NCBI RefSeq assembly: GCF_000143415.4 | Contig: NW_003314276.1 | Coordinates: forward strand, 319,537 to 383,111 | Direction of reading: 5' to 3' | DNA: 63,575 bases | Source: Selaginella moellendorffii | Taxonomy: Eukaryota; Plantae; Lycopodiophyta | Shown here: positions 12,810 to 25,330 of the stretch, piece by piece | Layout of the letters: each line of letters starts with the position of its first letter | Position numbering within the stretch: the stretch's first letter is position 1 | Made by a program: the position numbers and the translations under genes | The notes under the pieces: model-generated | What the model was told of the DNA's origin: nothing | Database searches by the model: none | What the model saw: only the letters and a program-made list of their open reading frames with translations

Positions 12810-15800
12810 ATAATCTATGTGTATTATCAAACCTTCTTTGATAATAGATAAGGTACCATGATTCAGACTTTTGTATATCTTAGGTAGAATATTAAAAAAT
12901 ATTTCACTCGATAATTCATCTATTTGTTTAATTAATTTCATTAAATTTATCATTCGCTAGCCTAGTTAGGCACCCAAGATACTTTAGTTTTTATTTTCTT
13001 ATACTTTTGCCTAGTTATATAGAATGGGGATCAACCAACTTCTGTTTGGGTTTATAAATAAAATATATCTTCTGATAGATATGATAGATTGCTGGTAAAA
13101 ATTCTTATTTTGTCTACCTTAATTTCCTCAATGAACTTCTATTAAGACTGTGGAGGGTCATGAATCCTCAATCTCTTCACCTAGGTGTGCAACTGGATCT
13201 TTTCTTTTACCCATGTCTAGTGTTGTTAAGATTAATTTAATGCAAGGTTTCTAGCACTTAATAATTAATTTTAGAGTAGCTTGTCTACTTCACAGTGGGT
13301 CTTACCCTCTAGTTTATATCCAACCTTGCCCTTACAACTGTGAAATTAAAAAAAATAGCTTATTTCTTTTGGTAAATTTTGGGCAAACCTCTTTTAAATG
13401 AATCAACACTATGAACTAATTTAAATGTGGTGTAAAGACCATTTCGTGAAATTGCCTTGTGAAATCAACACAAGGGTCAAATTGTCTAGCACATGATAAC
13501 CTATTCTAGATCAATTTACTTGTGAAATGATGTTAAGTAGTTTTTAAAACATATCATACCTAATTTATGAAAGACTTTGCTTTAGATCTAGATAAAAATT
13601 ACTTTTTAAGGCAAATTTCTCTTTAACTTTTTTGCTAACGAGTGGTTATGGTCAATACAAGTCTTTACTCAAGTTTGTATGACAATTTATTTTTAGCTTT
13701 ACAATGCATATCAAAATTTCTTAGTATCTGAGGCTTGTTTCACTTTTTTAAACAAAAAAAAGTTTGCTTTAGTTCTTTAGAGATCAAAATGATGGTTGCA
13801 ATGTCTCCAAGACTAACACCTACACCTAGCAATAATTTCTACAGCTCTTTGTTCAACATCTATGGCGTGAAGCCTCTCGATTGTTTTGTCTAGCAAAAGT
13901 TTGATTAGCACATAAGGTGATTTGTGTATTCCAAATGTAAGTGGAAATTAAGTTATAACTCTTACTAGAGTTGCTTATATGGAAAATATTCACTAGGTGG
14001 TAATTCTTTCCTATGAAGAGGTATATACACTTGTGGATCACGTCTCACAAAAGGTGGTTCATGCTTTGCAAAGGGTGTTTCACACTTAAAGTGGAGAGTA
14101 TTTCCCCTAGTAATTGAGCATTGCTCAATTAGTTTGAAAGACAGATTTTCATGCTTATTCACTTGTATATTTACTCTTTGTGTATGCCTCACTTCAGAGG
14201 ATATAGGGTATGTTTCACATGATTACCCTTGATTCTTCTCTATAGGGCTAAATGTGATATGAGTGCTCTCATAATATATAGGAGAGTGATATCTTTCACA
14301 CTAAGTAGTGTTTGCAAACTTTCTTATATAAGAGATGAGCCTTGGTTACTTTGCCTATGTGTACTAGATGTAGAGCAGTTTGAATAATTATAGCAATTCG
14401 TGATAACCATTTTCAAATTTTTGACTTGTGAATCTTATTTGAGTTTCATAGGCTCTTACAATATGCATAGGAGACTTAAACTCAAGATAAGTCTACTCTC
14501 AAACTGTATTTGAGTAATTGTCCAAGCTAAATGACCTTGGATCAAAGCCTTGAGACAACACAATGTTCTAATTGTGATTCTACCTTGTTAAAGCTTTGTA
14601 AAATTTGGGTGAATAATTCCTTAATTTGTTTTTCACTAAGGTTGGCTCTAGTTCTCTTTAAGTTGGACTCAAAGATAAAAGTTACAAGTGCCCAATTTTC
14701 TTACTTGTGCATGCTTAGAAAAATTGTGACACATAATAAATATATCATCTAAAAATCCAAGTGAGAACTTGGTCAAAAAAAAAGAATTTTAGATTAGTTA
14801 ATTGTGTTTTCCACATCAAACAAACTCCATTCCTTCTTTTTTTGGATTTTTCTCAAGAAATTGCTAAAAAAACAATTTGAGCTTGAGTTTCTTGGCAATA
14901 TATGTTGAACTCCAATTTCAAACTAGTCCCATACTATATTACTTTGGTGAAAATTGAAAAACTATCCTTTCTGCATTGTCTGGGCACTAAGCCACTACAA
15001 TCGCAAGAAAAATTCCTTCGTTCAGTGTTGTTTAGGCTCAAGGCCTTTGCAATCACTGAAGAGATCTACTTATGATTCCTAGTGCTAGGCATGTTTGGAA
15101 TTCATAAGTAATTTTCTCTAGATTATTTTTCAAGCCAAAAAGTGATAACTTATCCCACTGTGGTCACCAAAGTGACTAAGGCTTTTTTATCTATACTTGC
15201 ATTCTTGCCCCTACTTGCAAAATAGTGACAAACAAACAAAGACAAGAACATAGAGAAGAAAAGAAGAATGAGAAGAGAATAGAAAAAAACTCAGCCTTAA
15301 ACCCTAAAAGTATGAGTAAAGATAAGCATATATCACTTTCTCAACTTTACTTTGCACAAATAGTCATAGGTGGGATAAAAGATGGTTAATTCAATGCAAA
15401 TGCATACAACAATGAGTGGGGGTTGTTTTCCAACACATCTAAGTGCTACTTATATACTACATAATTTTGTAACCATTCTTAACTACTTTTTGCTTATTTA
15501 TGACAAGCGTTACCTAGGTTGGGTCTTTCTTCTTTGGATACCTAAGCTTAAGCATAACTCTATTTCATCTAAACTTCCTTCTTTTGCTATACCTAGAAAG
15601 ATATATAAGATAAAACATTTATCTCTTCATCAAGTACTATGAGGCTCATTGGTCCTTGCTCCTTAAGAAGTTTGGACCTTCCCTTTGGGTTGGAGTTCAG
15701 GATTTGAGTGGGATTTAAAGGGTCTTCTAAACAAGTTTTGTTATATTAAGGAATGTTAAAAATTTAGAGGCTTGGCTAAAGCCTCTAAAGTTTTGTGCCA

Positions 15801-16244
15801 AGTTTTGTGCTTGGCTACTTATATTTCTTAAGAGTGTAGTTGAACCTTAAATCTAGTCTATTTTAGGGAGGGGAATTGAGAAAAAGAGTTTGGGAATTTA
15901 TGAAGATATAGCTAACACTATGTTATTTGTGTAGTAAGTAGTTAAAGCTAAGTAAAACAAAATAGGAGCTAATACTATAGGAAAAGACCTTAAAAATGGA
16001 ATTGAACTATAGAATCCTCCCATATTAAGCATTAGTCCTTCAATATTGCCAAACACCCTATTAGTTATATTTATGGTAAGTGCCTAAATCTTGCAATGAT
16101 GCAAATCTATAGAATAAAGAAAGTGACCTAAACACCATGGTGTTGTTCATGCATCCCGATTCATGATTTTATGTCATTCTATATTTAATATATTTTCAAG
16201 CTTGTCCTAAAGACAATCTTATAGGACTACATCAATGTGAGCTT

Positions 16245-16591
16245 TTATATAGGGGAGGGGGATATGAGGGTTCCAAATGTATAGTAGGGATAGTGGTTGA
16301 AAACATGAGATATTAATTTGGCTCCTATTGGGCCATGTCACTCCTTATTCTACATTTGGCTTAGGTCTAAGCCCAAACTCCATGTTATGCTAGTTAGTGG
16401 GGTGCCCACCTCTTTATGTTAGGCCACTAGTATTTTAAACTTGTGCCAGACTCCATTTGATACCATTTGGGTGTAGGGGTATACAGGGAGGTGGTGCTTG
16501 AAGGGGATTTGAGTGCATACTGAACCCTCATTCCATAGTGTAATAGGCTTGGAATTTGGCTCCAAATTCATGTACACTACATTGGTATCAG
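16245..16591 (+). mobile_element. Decayed LTR 3' part plus iMet PBS, related to family B
   Basis: GGTTCCAAATGTATAGTAGGGATAGTGG and GGTCTAAGCCCAA are shared with 53420-53545. Ends ...CTACA followed by TTGGTATCAG. Confidence 0.65.
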
Positions 16592-19427
16592 AAAAACTGT
16601 CTCAACAATTTCGTTTGTTAGAGTTTCTGACTTCAATTGCATATATAAAGACTTTCCTAGAAGATCTAAATTGACATGTGTACATGGGCAAGGCTAAATG
16701 AAAGAACTATCAAACCAAAACATTTATGAAGCTCTAAGGATATGGTGGTTGACCTAGGATCTTATTTCAGTTCTTGCATGAAAATATAGTAAATGCTAGA
16801 TCGTTAGAACCAATTTAAGTTTCCCATCTATTTGAATTTATGCTATGATTTGATAGGAATTTTCAAAATCTACTATAGGATATTAGTACACTGTCATTGT
16901 GTCTGATTACAACTAACTCAATAGATTGATATGTGTGCCATGCAAAACTTCTTATGCAAATGGTGGTTTTGTTATGGATCAGGTCAAGGTCCTGGCCTGC
17001 CCTGATATTATTAAGGTGTTGACACAATGGCTCAATATTGAGTAGTCTTCTACATCTTCTTATCATCAAGATAGATGTCTTAGAAAAACTTAAATTATAA
17101 AAAAATGATCAAAGTACATAGACCTGCATTTGAAATTTGGATTGGTGGTTGCTATATATGCAATTTGCTTATATGTTAGCCACATAAATGCATTTACATC
17201 TCTCTCTCTTTTGTGCACTATTTGCATAGGAGCTTGTTTTACCTGTTACTGTGGGTTTGATTCCAATCACTCTGCACTATCCAGAGGGGAGAGCATGGTT
17301 GGAGTATCCGGATCAAGTATTACTAGTGTTACATATGCAGTCTTTGGAGTTATGAGTAGGTATAGGGATAAGAGTATCAATAGTGTTTTTTATGATATAC
17401 GGCATAGCTGCCCACTACACTATCAACCAGGTGTGGCAAAGTTTCTACAACTTGGAGATCCGCATTACCTGGCTAGTCGATTGCCTCGGATTCAACCCTT
17501 CCACTAATAATGATACTGGAGGGGGTGGTCTGAGGTCTCTATGTATGGTATACATATATTCTATGTAGGCTAATCTGGGTTGCCATGTTAGTGCAGTCTA
17601 GACCAGTAATTGTCTATCTAAGAATGAGCCTCTGGTAATCTAAAGATACCTCTCTTTTGCCATACTTAGGGTTCTCTCATGCTTGCAACTAGAATGTAAG
17701 TTAGCTACACTGGACCATGTAGAAATGACTATTTATGTTTTGATGGTTAGGAAAATGTTCAAACTGTCTGGGACAGTGCCAATGGCTATCTTGCAAATCT
17801 ATTTGAAATAGTCACAGACATCCGCACTTGACATAAAACAGAAGCAGGACATGTTAATACATGCTACATGCTATTGCATCTTTTCAAGTCATAAGCTACG
17901 ATGGAGCATTGAATTCATCTGGATAATCTACAGGAGGAGAAGAACAGAAAAAAGAGCAATTGCAATCACAAGAGATTTTCTTTTTCTTGTTTACCTCTGG
18001 ATCCACTGCCATCTTTTATGGGGCCTCTCAACCAAAGTTTACAATGTGGCATCGACCTACATCCACTCAAAAAGAAGAAAAAAATGAGAGACTAAACTTG
18101 CCTTGATTTTTCGGAAAGAGAATATGAAGGGGTGCTTCTTATGCTGGGATGGCTTCACCAGGGTCGCTCACCTTCCTATGCACAGAAAATTGCAACAAAA
18201 AATTCCAGGAAATTAATAGAGCTGTCACCAAACAAAAATAAGTGGATGATAAAGGTTTAGTTTCTACCATCTCTTCTTCCTTGTTTTATGCTGCAAAAAG
18301 TAGTTCCAAAACACATGACCGCTTCTCCCAGCACCGTGGTAGATATAGTGCTAGCCCAAGTAGCCACCTGAGCCTAGGGATGCTTATTCGCTAGTGGCTT
18401 GCCCACTCATTGTATCACTGCTAATCAATGATCCGAGGGTGGCTGTGGACGTGGCCAAAGTATTTTGCTCGATTTAGCCACAGACCTGCATAGCATGCAA
18501 ATTTCATGAAATTTAAAAGAAAGAAGACCCAAGATCAACAATGCGAATGAGAAATTAATACGTCAAACTTGAGAGTTCCGAAAGCCCTGCCACTTTCTTC
18601 AAAACTTAGATCCTTTCGCTCTACCAGGAACTTCCCTAAGTGCTGAGTTAAGCGGAGATGGGAAACAAGTATTTGCATAGCTGAGGGGTGAGTGTCTCAC
18701 AACCAAACCCATAACATTCTAAGTGGTGTTAGTATGCAATCACAAGAACTTGAAGAAAATTAAGAAAATGCAAGAGCTTACCATTGCTGTGCAAGCAATA
18801 CACCAGTAAGGAGGCAAACAAGCACAAGTGTGACACTTGGATGGAATACAACACCAACCAGCAGTGTAGAATTGGAAGATGAGAAGCAAGTTTGTTCTTC
18901 TTGTCAAATACCTGCATCTGAAAGCATCATTAACCTCCTTGCAGCAAAATAAATTGTCTGGGAGAACAAAGGGGAAAAGATATATAAGTTTGTGCTCTCT
19001 TGTCCAAAAGTGATAGAAAAGTGAAGTAAATTGATTTGATTAAATTTGCTTCACTAGGTTGCAGGCATGATCAGACTGTTCTGGCTGAAGTCTTTATGGC
19101 CCCAGTTGTGCTGCAAATCTATCCAATGTCAAGATTTTCTGTCACCTCCTTGTGGCTCCCTGGTTTGCTCCCAGGAAGTTCTTCTTAAGATTTTTCAATT
19201 TTGAGTCTCAAAGCTAACGTGCTCAGGCAAGTTTTCAAGATAAAAACACCAAGGGAAATCTTGAAGGTGAAGAGCGTACCATCATCAGATGAGCAGCCTG
19301 CAAGACATAATAATCTATGGCCCCCATTAAAGGCAAAAGGCCTTCTGCTGGAAACACTTTGGAGGGATTGCTTTGGCCAGACCCATCTATAGACCGAAAG
19401 GACTTCTTTCTATTCTGGATGGTAAAG

Positions 19428-19919
19428 NNNNNNNNNNNNNNNNNNNNNNNNNNNNNNNNNNNNNNNNNNNNNNNNNNNNNNNNNNNNNNNNNNNNNNNNN
19501 NNNNNNNNNNNNNNNNNNNNNNNNNNNNNNNNNNNNNNNNNNNNNNNNNNNNNNNNNNNNNNNNNNNNNNNNNNNNNNNNNNNNNNNNNNNNNNNNNNNN
19601 NNNNNNNNNNNNNNNNNNNNNNNNNNNNNNNNNNNNNNNNNNNNNNNNNNNNNNNNNNNNNNNNNNNNNNNNNNNNNNNNNNNNNNNNNNNNNNNNNNNN
19701 NNNNNNNNNNNNNNNNNNNNNNNNNNNNNNNNNNNNNNNNNNNNNNNNNNNNNNNNNNNNNNNNNNNNNNNNNNNNNNNNNNNNNNNNNNNNNNNNNNNN
19801 NNNNNNNNNNNNNNNNNNNNNNNNNNNNNNNNNNNNNNNNNNNNNNNNNNNNNNNNNNNNNNNNNNNNNNNNNNNNNNNNNNNNNNNNNNNNNNNNNNNN
19901 NNNNNNNNNNNNNNNNNNN
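19428..19919. other. Assembly gap (others at 21959-22058, 24847-24946, 29410-29882, 31419-31518)
   Basis: Runs of N. Confidence 1.
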
Positions 19920-20099
19920 ATAGTAAGTGCTGGTCATGCAAGCTCCCTCTACACCTATCCAGAAGCAACTCCAGAGCTGCAGCGTTGAGCCTCAGTCATA
20001 AATACCTGCCCCTCAAAGGAGGGATTAACGCATATGAAAAGCTTCATATGACACTATATGGAAAATACAATCACTTCTATTATCTCTTCTAGCCCTTGA

Positions 20100-21745
20100 G
20101 GCTCTTTATACATGCGTATGATATATCCATGGATCCTGCATTGCACTTGCCTCCAACACTCCCCCTCGATTTGATGGTGAGAAAATCAGAATATCACGGA
20201 AGAGTCTCCTGATCCATAGTGCCTCCTTGACAGCTTCAATCACCACGTTGTACTCTGCCTCACAAGTAGAAAGTGCCACCATTCTCTGTTTCTGACTTCG
20301 CAACAAAACAATCGCATTAGCAAATTTGAAAGCGTACCCTATGGTAGATCTCTGTCATCAAGATCTCCTGCTAGATCTGCATCAACCATCCCGTATGAGA
20401 TAATTGATCCTGCTCCAATTTCCTCAGTGGTTGAACTCCAGAAAGAGGGATGCTGTTTCTTCCACGTAGTTGAAAATCCGTTCTACTGCATACCAATGGC
20501 ACTTACCTGGATTTTGCACAAACTGGCAGACTCGAGAGACTGGCTGCAACGTCAGGACGACTTGCTGTAGCTAGGTACATCAAATCACTGACTACTTTCT
20601 GATATGGCAACCTCCTCGGAACATGGTTCGTCTGCTTTTGAAAGTTTGGAAGCTTGAACAGCTGGAGTAGGAGCTGCTCGCCACTAAAAGAACATCCTGT
20701 ACTCAAGAAAACTTGCAATATATTTATGTTCATTGAATTTTATGCTCACAAGAGATTGTAATCCTAAGCAATAGGAAATCTTACCCAGATCGGTGATCTT
20801 TTAATTGCTGTGATAGCTGCGTTTTCAGCCAATTAAGGCTTACTGTTTTGCCTTTCATAATTAGATTATCCATGAAAACACATACCAGAATAAGTGACCC
20901 ATCAATGATGATACAGATTCCAATCTGCTTTGGTTCTGAAAAAATCAGTTGTTAGAAAAAAAAAATTATTCAATGTGTTGTATGAGATCCTAGGAGATTG
21001 TTTGAGTCAGTAGATGGATAATTTGAGTTCAGAGACATTCCTTGTATTTAGAGTTCATGGGTCCAGTACTAGTAATTCAAGCCTAGGGATGCTTAACTTT
21101 GGAGGTCTGATGGGATCCAGTGCTATAGTCACAATTTGAACCTGAAATTCTGGTGGTTGCTATATAATATTTAGCTTGCTATTTAGGAATGTGTTTTTCA
21201 CATCAATCTGTTCTAAATCAAGATCAAGATGGTTAGCTCTGGCTACAATGAAACGCATTGAAATCTTCACCATGGGAGAAAAAAATCTCATCATAATCAA
21301 TGCCTTCCCTTTGAGTGCAACCTTTGGCTACCAACATGGCTTTGTACCTTTCAATCTCACCATTCTCTTGATATTTGAACTTTTGGATCCATTTCAGGTG
21401 ATTCAGGTACTTTGTCCAGAAAAACCAGCGTCAATGAACCACTATATTCTGCTTGCATTGCTGTTATCCAGTGAAAATGTTGTGGTTCAGTTATCACTTC
21501 ATGTAGACTGCTTGGTTCATGAATGACTTCTGTCTCGTGTGCATGATATAGAAGGATAGCTTGTGTGGGCTTCCAAGATTGCTGTGGCATAGGACTTGTG
21601 ACTGCATACTCTCTACCCTCTAGCTTTTCGTTTGTAAGCTCTTCTTGCTCAAGATCTGTAGAGATATTGTCAAAACTAGATGAGAATGTACTTTCAGTTG
21701 TGGGATTTATAAGTTGTAAGCTTGTGAGTGTGGCAGTTCTTGCAC
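20100..21745 (-). pseudogene. Decayed Ty1/copia pol (RT and RNase H)
   Basis: EPSSLHEVI...WITAMQAEY, PYQKVVSDLMYLATASRPDVA and SQKQRMVALSTCEAEY...EALWIRRL are copia hallmark motifs. Confidence 0.9.
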
Positions 21746-21958
21746 CTGGGGTGAAAGCCAAAAGTGATTGTCTCTCAAACCCTAGGGGGTTTAGCAAGTC
21801 CCTACAGCATAGTGGGGGTGGGGAGGACTCCAGTGGAACCAATGTGACTAAGGAATGTTATACCCATGTGGTGGCTTAAGAAGTAGAACTTCTATGTGAA
21901 AAACTATAGGCAAGGTTGTCATCATTATAGCAAGCTTGGACACTATAAGGTAGTAGAA
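21746..21958 (+). repeat. Fragment of a family A-like LTR
   Basis: GGGTGAAAGCCAAAAG...CCCTAGGGGGTTT...GGGGAGGACTCCAGTGGAACC matches 6030-6120. Confidence 0.6.
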
Positions 21959-22058
21959 NNNNNNNNNNNNNNNNNNNNNNNNNNNNNNNNNNNNNNNNNN
22001 NNNNNNNNNNNNNNNNNNNNNNNNNNNNNNNNNNNNNNNNNNNNNNNNNNNNNNNNNN

Positions 22059-23894
22059 GCATCTTAAGTGATGCTATCTGTAAATGCATATATAGAGGTT
22101 GGGATCGAGTCCCAACCCTTTAGTGCTTGGGTTCAAGTCCTAACTCACTATGGCATGGTGATGGTTTGGAATATGAGGACACTAATTTTTAGGTGGTCAT
22201 GGACTCTCAGTGAGGAGATTGACTTGGGCACACTACCAAATGAGGGATGCCTCAAAGTCATGATGTATAATTAGATTGCTTAGTGTGAAAGCGTGGCATA
22301 TCTAACTTGAATACTTTGGTGCAAGTGGCATCAAGGACGTGGTGAATGAGATAGGGACACCCAATCTCAGTTGTTATGGACCCTTGGTCGGAAGGGATAG
22401 CTTATATGCACTGCTAAGTGTGGGGGATGCCCCTGGGGTCATGGTCAACAAGTTAAAGGTCTAGAAGACCTAGTACCTATTGGAAAACTTGTTAAGATGT
22501 TATGGTTAGATCATTAGGTGATCTTATCGCTAAGCAAAGATGAAGTTCTTGTGACGATAAGGAATACATTTCTTAGTTCAAAGTGTTGATTTGAACTATT
22601 GATAATGATGTGATTTGGTCAAAGTGACAAAGTGGGAAAGACACCTAAAGGAAATGAGTTGTGTCAATGCAATGGCATAGTGAGTCTAAAGAAAATAGTC
22701 TCTAGGAAAGACCCATGGGAGGGTTACAAAGTTAGGCCATGGATAGAACCCACATTAGAAATGCTAAAGAGACTTACTAGGGATGAACACTATCTAGACT
22801 TGGCAAAGCAAAGTCTTTACTATAGAACCGAAAGGATATTTTGAGGATGGAGGTAGTGATTCTATGTTACTTGGTGCAACAATCAAAAGATAGGAGCAAA
22901 AAACTAGTGGCTAAGCAAAGAGCCATGGGAATCATTGAAAGGAATCCAAATGGCAAAGTTAGGCTAGGAATACTAATGTTTTGGATGCTAATAGATTCTG
23001 GGAAAAGCAATATATTTCTAAGGATGGATTCCTACATGCTCCGATTTGGTGAAAATGTAAACTCTAAGGGAGGGAGTGGCAAAGTAGCCAAATGATAGGG
23101 CTGTGGACAAGCTCTAATACAAAATATGATAATTGAAACTTAGTGCCGAAGGTGGCACAAAATAGAAGAAAGGATGATGATGACTTCAAGTAGAGAACTT
23201 CCTAGAATGAGGAAGTGGAGTTTGCATAGTATGTGCCCATGGCTAGAGCACCTAAAGGCGGAAGGTGGGGAGAGTACCTATGAGGCTTGCATAGGGCCAT
23301 GGTGTTCCAAAATATTGTCCCAAAGTCCCAAACTGTGGAAAGGAAGAGGAGTAGTCCTCTAATGTAATAACCAAAGATACGGTCACATGGTGAGGAAGTC
23401 TTAGAGGATAGTGGAACCTAGTGGTCAGGCCTTTGGGCCTTGACCCAGTGATAGTGTTGGCAAATACGGCCATGGACAGAAAGGGACTTGGATGGGGACC
23501 GAAAAAGGGATATTAGGGAAGGTTATTCCCCATGTCTATAGGCATTCTAAAGATGCTAAGGAGTGGATTTAGGATGATCATTGATAAGATGGATGGCCTA
23601 GAGAGACAGGATTGTGATGTAGATGGTGTTGGATCATTGATATGACAAAGATGAATGGGCATAGCATGAGTGTAAGAGGGTGATATGATGGTGGTACCTT
23701 TAGGTGTTAGTCATGGGATCGGGCACATGGAACACTTAGCTAAGTGTAAAGGTTGAGTGGCATGAATGCCATTTTTGGGGCCAGCAAGCCTCAAGTCCGA
23801 AATAGGACTTATGGAGGTTGTAAATGAGATTCTTCCAAGTGGTTAGAGGTGTGGTTAAGTGATTAAAGTAGAATGGAAAATTTAGTTGCTTACA
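22059..23894 (+). mobile_element. Older family A copy: internal fragment fused by deletion to the 3' half of an LTR
   Basis: 22059-23235 is the reverse-complement homolog of about 8640-7465. 23236-23894 matches LTR 6359-7022 and ends GTTGCTTACA. Confidence 0.85.
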
Positions 23895-24291
23895 CTAGGG
23901 AGTTTGATAGCCTTGAATCTTATAAATTAAATAGGATATATTGGATCATAAAAATGAAAGCTAATAGAGTTGACCCTTATATATATCTAAATTTCATGAC
24001 CAATAAGTTTTGCCTAGTCTTTGACAGTGTCACTTTGACCTCTTGTAGTGCACATATTTTGACCCATATCCTATAGTGAATTACCATAAAATAACCACAA
24101 AATAGAACTTAATCTTTAGATATATATACCAAGATAATGGAGTGACTTGAGTTTGGCCACTAAAAGCCAAATTCTTTAGTGTGCAACTAAGAAGTGAAGG
24201 AATAAAAGCATTGAGCACTAACTATAACTATAAATATAAATAAAATTTACTTATAAGAAACCAAAAAGAATAACTCAAAATACAATTCATA

Positions 24292-24429
24292 AGGGTTCAA
24301 ATATAGAGGGAAAAGGGCATCCCTTTTTCCAACCGGTTAATGGTTTTGACGTATTTAGGGTTAAACATCCTTGGGTTTGATAGTACCAATTTGGGTGACC
24401 TCTTGAGAAGTCCAAATTAAGTAGCTTAT
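24292..24429 (+). mobile_element. Degenerate partial Cassandra LTR
   Basis: GGGTTCAAATATAGAGGGAAA...GGTTAAACATCCTTGGGTTTGATAGTAC...GGGTGACCTC...AAGTCC. Confidence 0.8.
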
Positions 24430-25006
24430 AGTAACACTATAACAGTCTCAAAACATCTAAAATCCTAATATCAAGATCATCATGCAAAATAGAGCCAAGT
24501 GGAGTTTCATGCTATTTAGCATGCTAGTGGCTTAACACTAAGATATAAATACTCCACCAACTAGCATGATATGGAGTTTAAGCTTATACCCAAACCAAAT
24601 GCACTAGAAACATAAGAACCCATGTTTTTAGGATTGAACCCTAAGAAAACTTGGGTTGTGTACTAAAGCTAGTTTTTGTGAAGATGTTATCACAAACTTG
24701 GGTTAGTTTCACAACCTACAAATTAGGCATCATCTTTGATGCACTCATTTTAAAATAATTATCTTTCTATATTTTATAAAGTATAACCAAGTCTCATAGT
24801 TCCCACTTCTTAGTCCAAACATTCATACTTGGATACCCTACTAAAANNNNNNNNNNNNNNNNNNNNNNNNNNNNNNNNNNNNNNNNNNNNNNNNNNNNNN
24901 NNNNNNNNNNNNNNNNNNNNNNNNNNNNNNNNNNNNNNNNNNNNNNCTACTAGTATGTCATGAACTTGCATCTATAGTTAATTTTAGTGCAAAAAGCAAA
25001 AGTTAC

Positions 25007-25330
25007 CTTGTTTCTTAGTTAACTTGCTTGTCTTCTTGAAATACTCACCAATCTTTTCCTGTTTTCCTGTTGTATCTGCTGATAAAACTAAAAATATCAG
25101 ATTGAAAAATAATATATATACCTAATGATATCCTGCTTCATCTTGTAATCTTCTTTTTTTTCTTTTGAACATTTTTTGGCACATTTGCCATATTTTCTTG
25201 CATTTTTTGCATCTAACATAGTTAAAGTTACATACCAGTTATAAAAGAAAAAAAAAAAAGAAAATGACTTACATCAGCATTCAATACATCCAATTCATTC
25301 TTCCTTTTCTTCTAGCTATAGCCATGTGTA
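25007..25330 (-). pseudogene. Possible spliced gene remnant with small Lys-rich exons
   Basis: Putative exons at 25007-25078 and 25122-25212 and one starting at 25273, bounded by GT/AG (GTAAGT, GTATAT, GTAACT donors). No family recognised. Confidence 0.3.

Noticed and set aside
12810-16240. AT-rich region, probably old TE debris; similar AT-rich tracts at 26900-28190 and 41952-43000
   Set aside because: No termini, TSDs or protein motifs that I can support.
19317-20092. ORFs spanning N-runs (also 21896-22123, 29316-30005, 31360-31671)
   Set aside because: Artefacts of assembly gaps.
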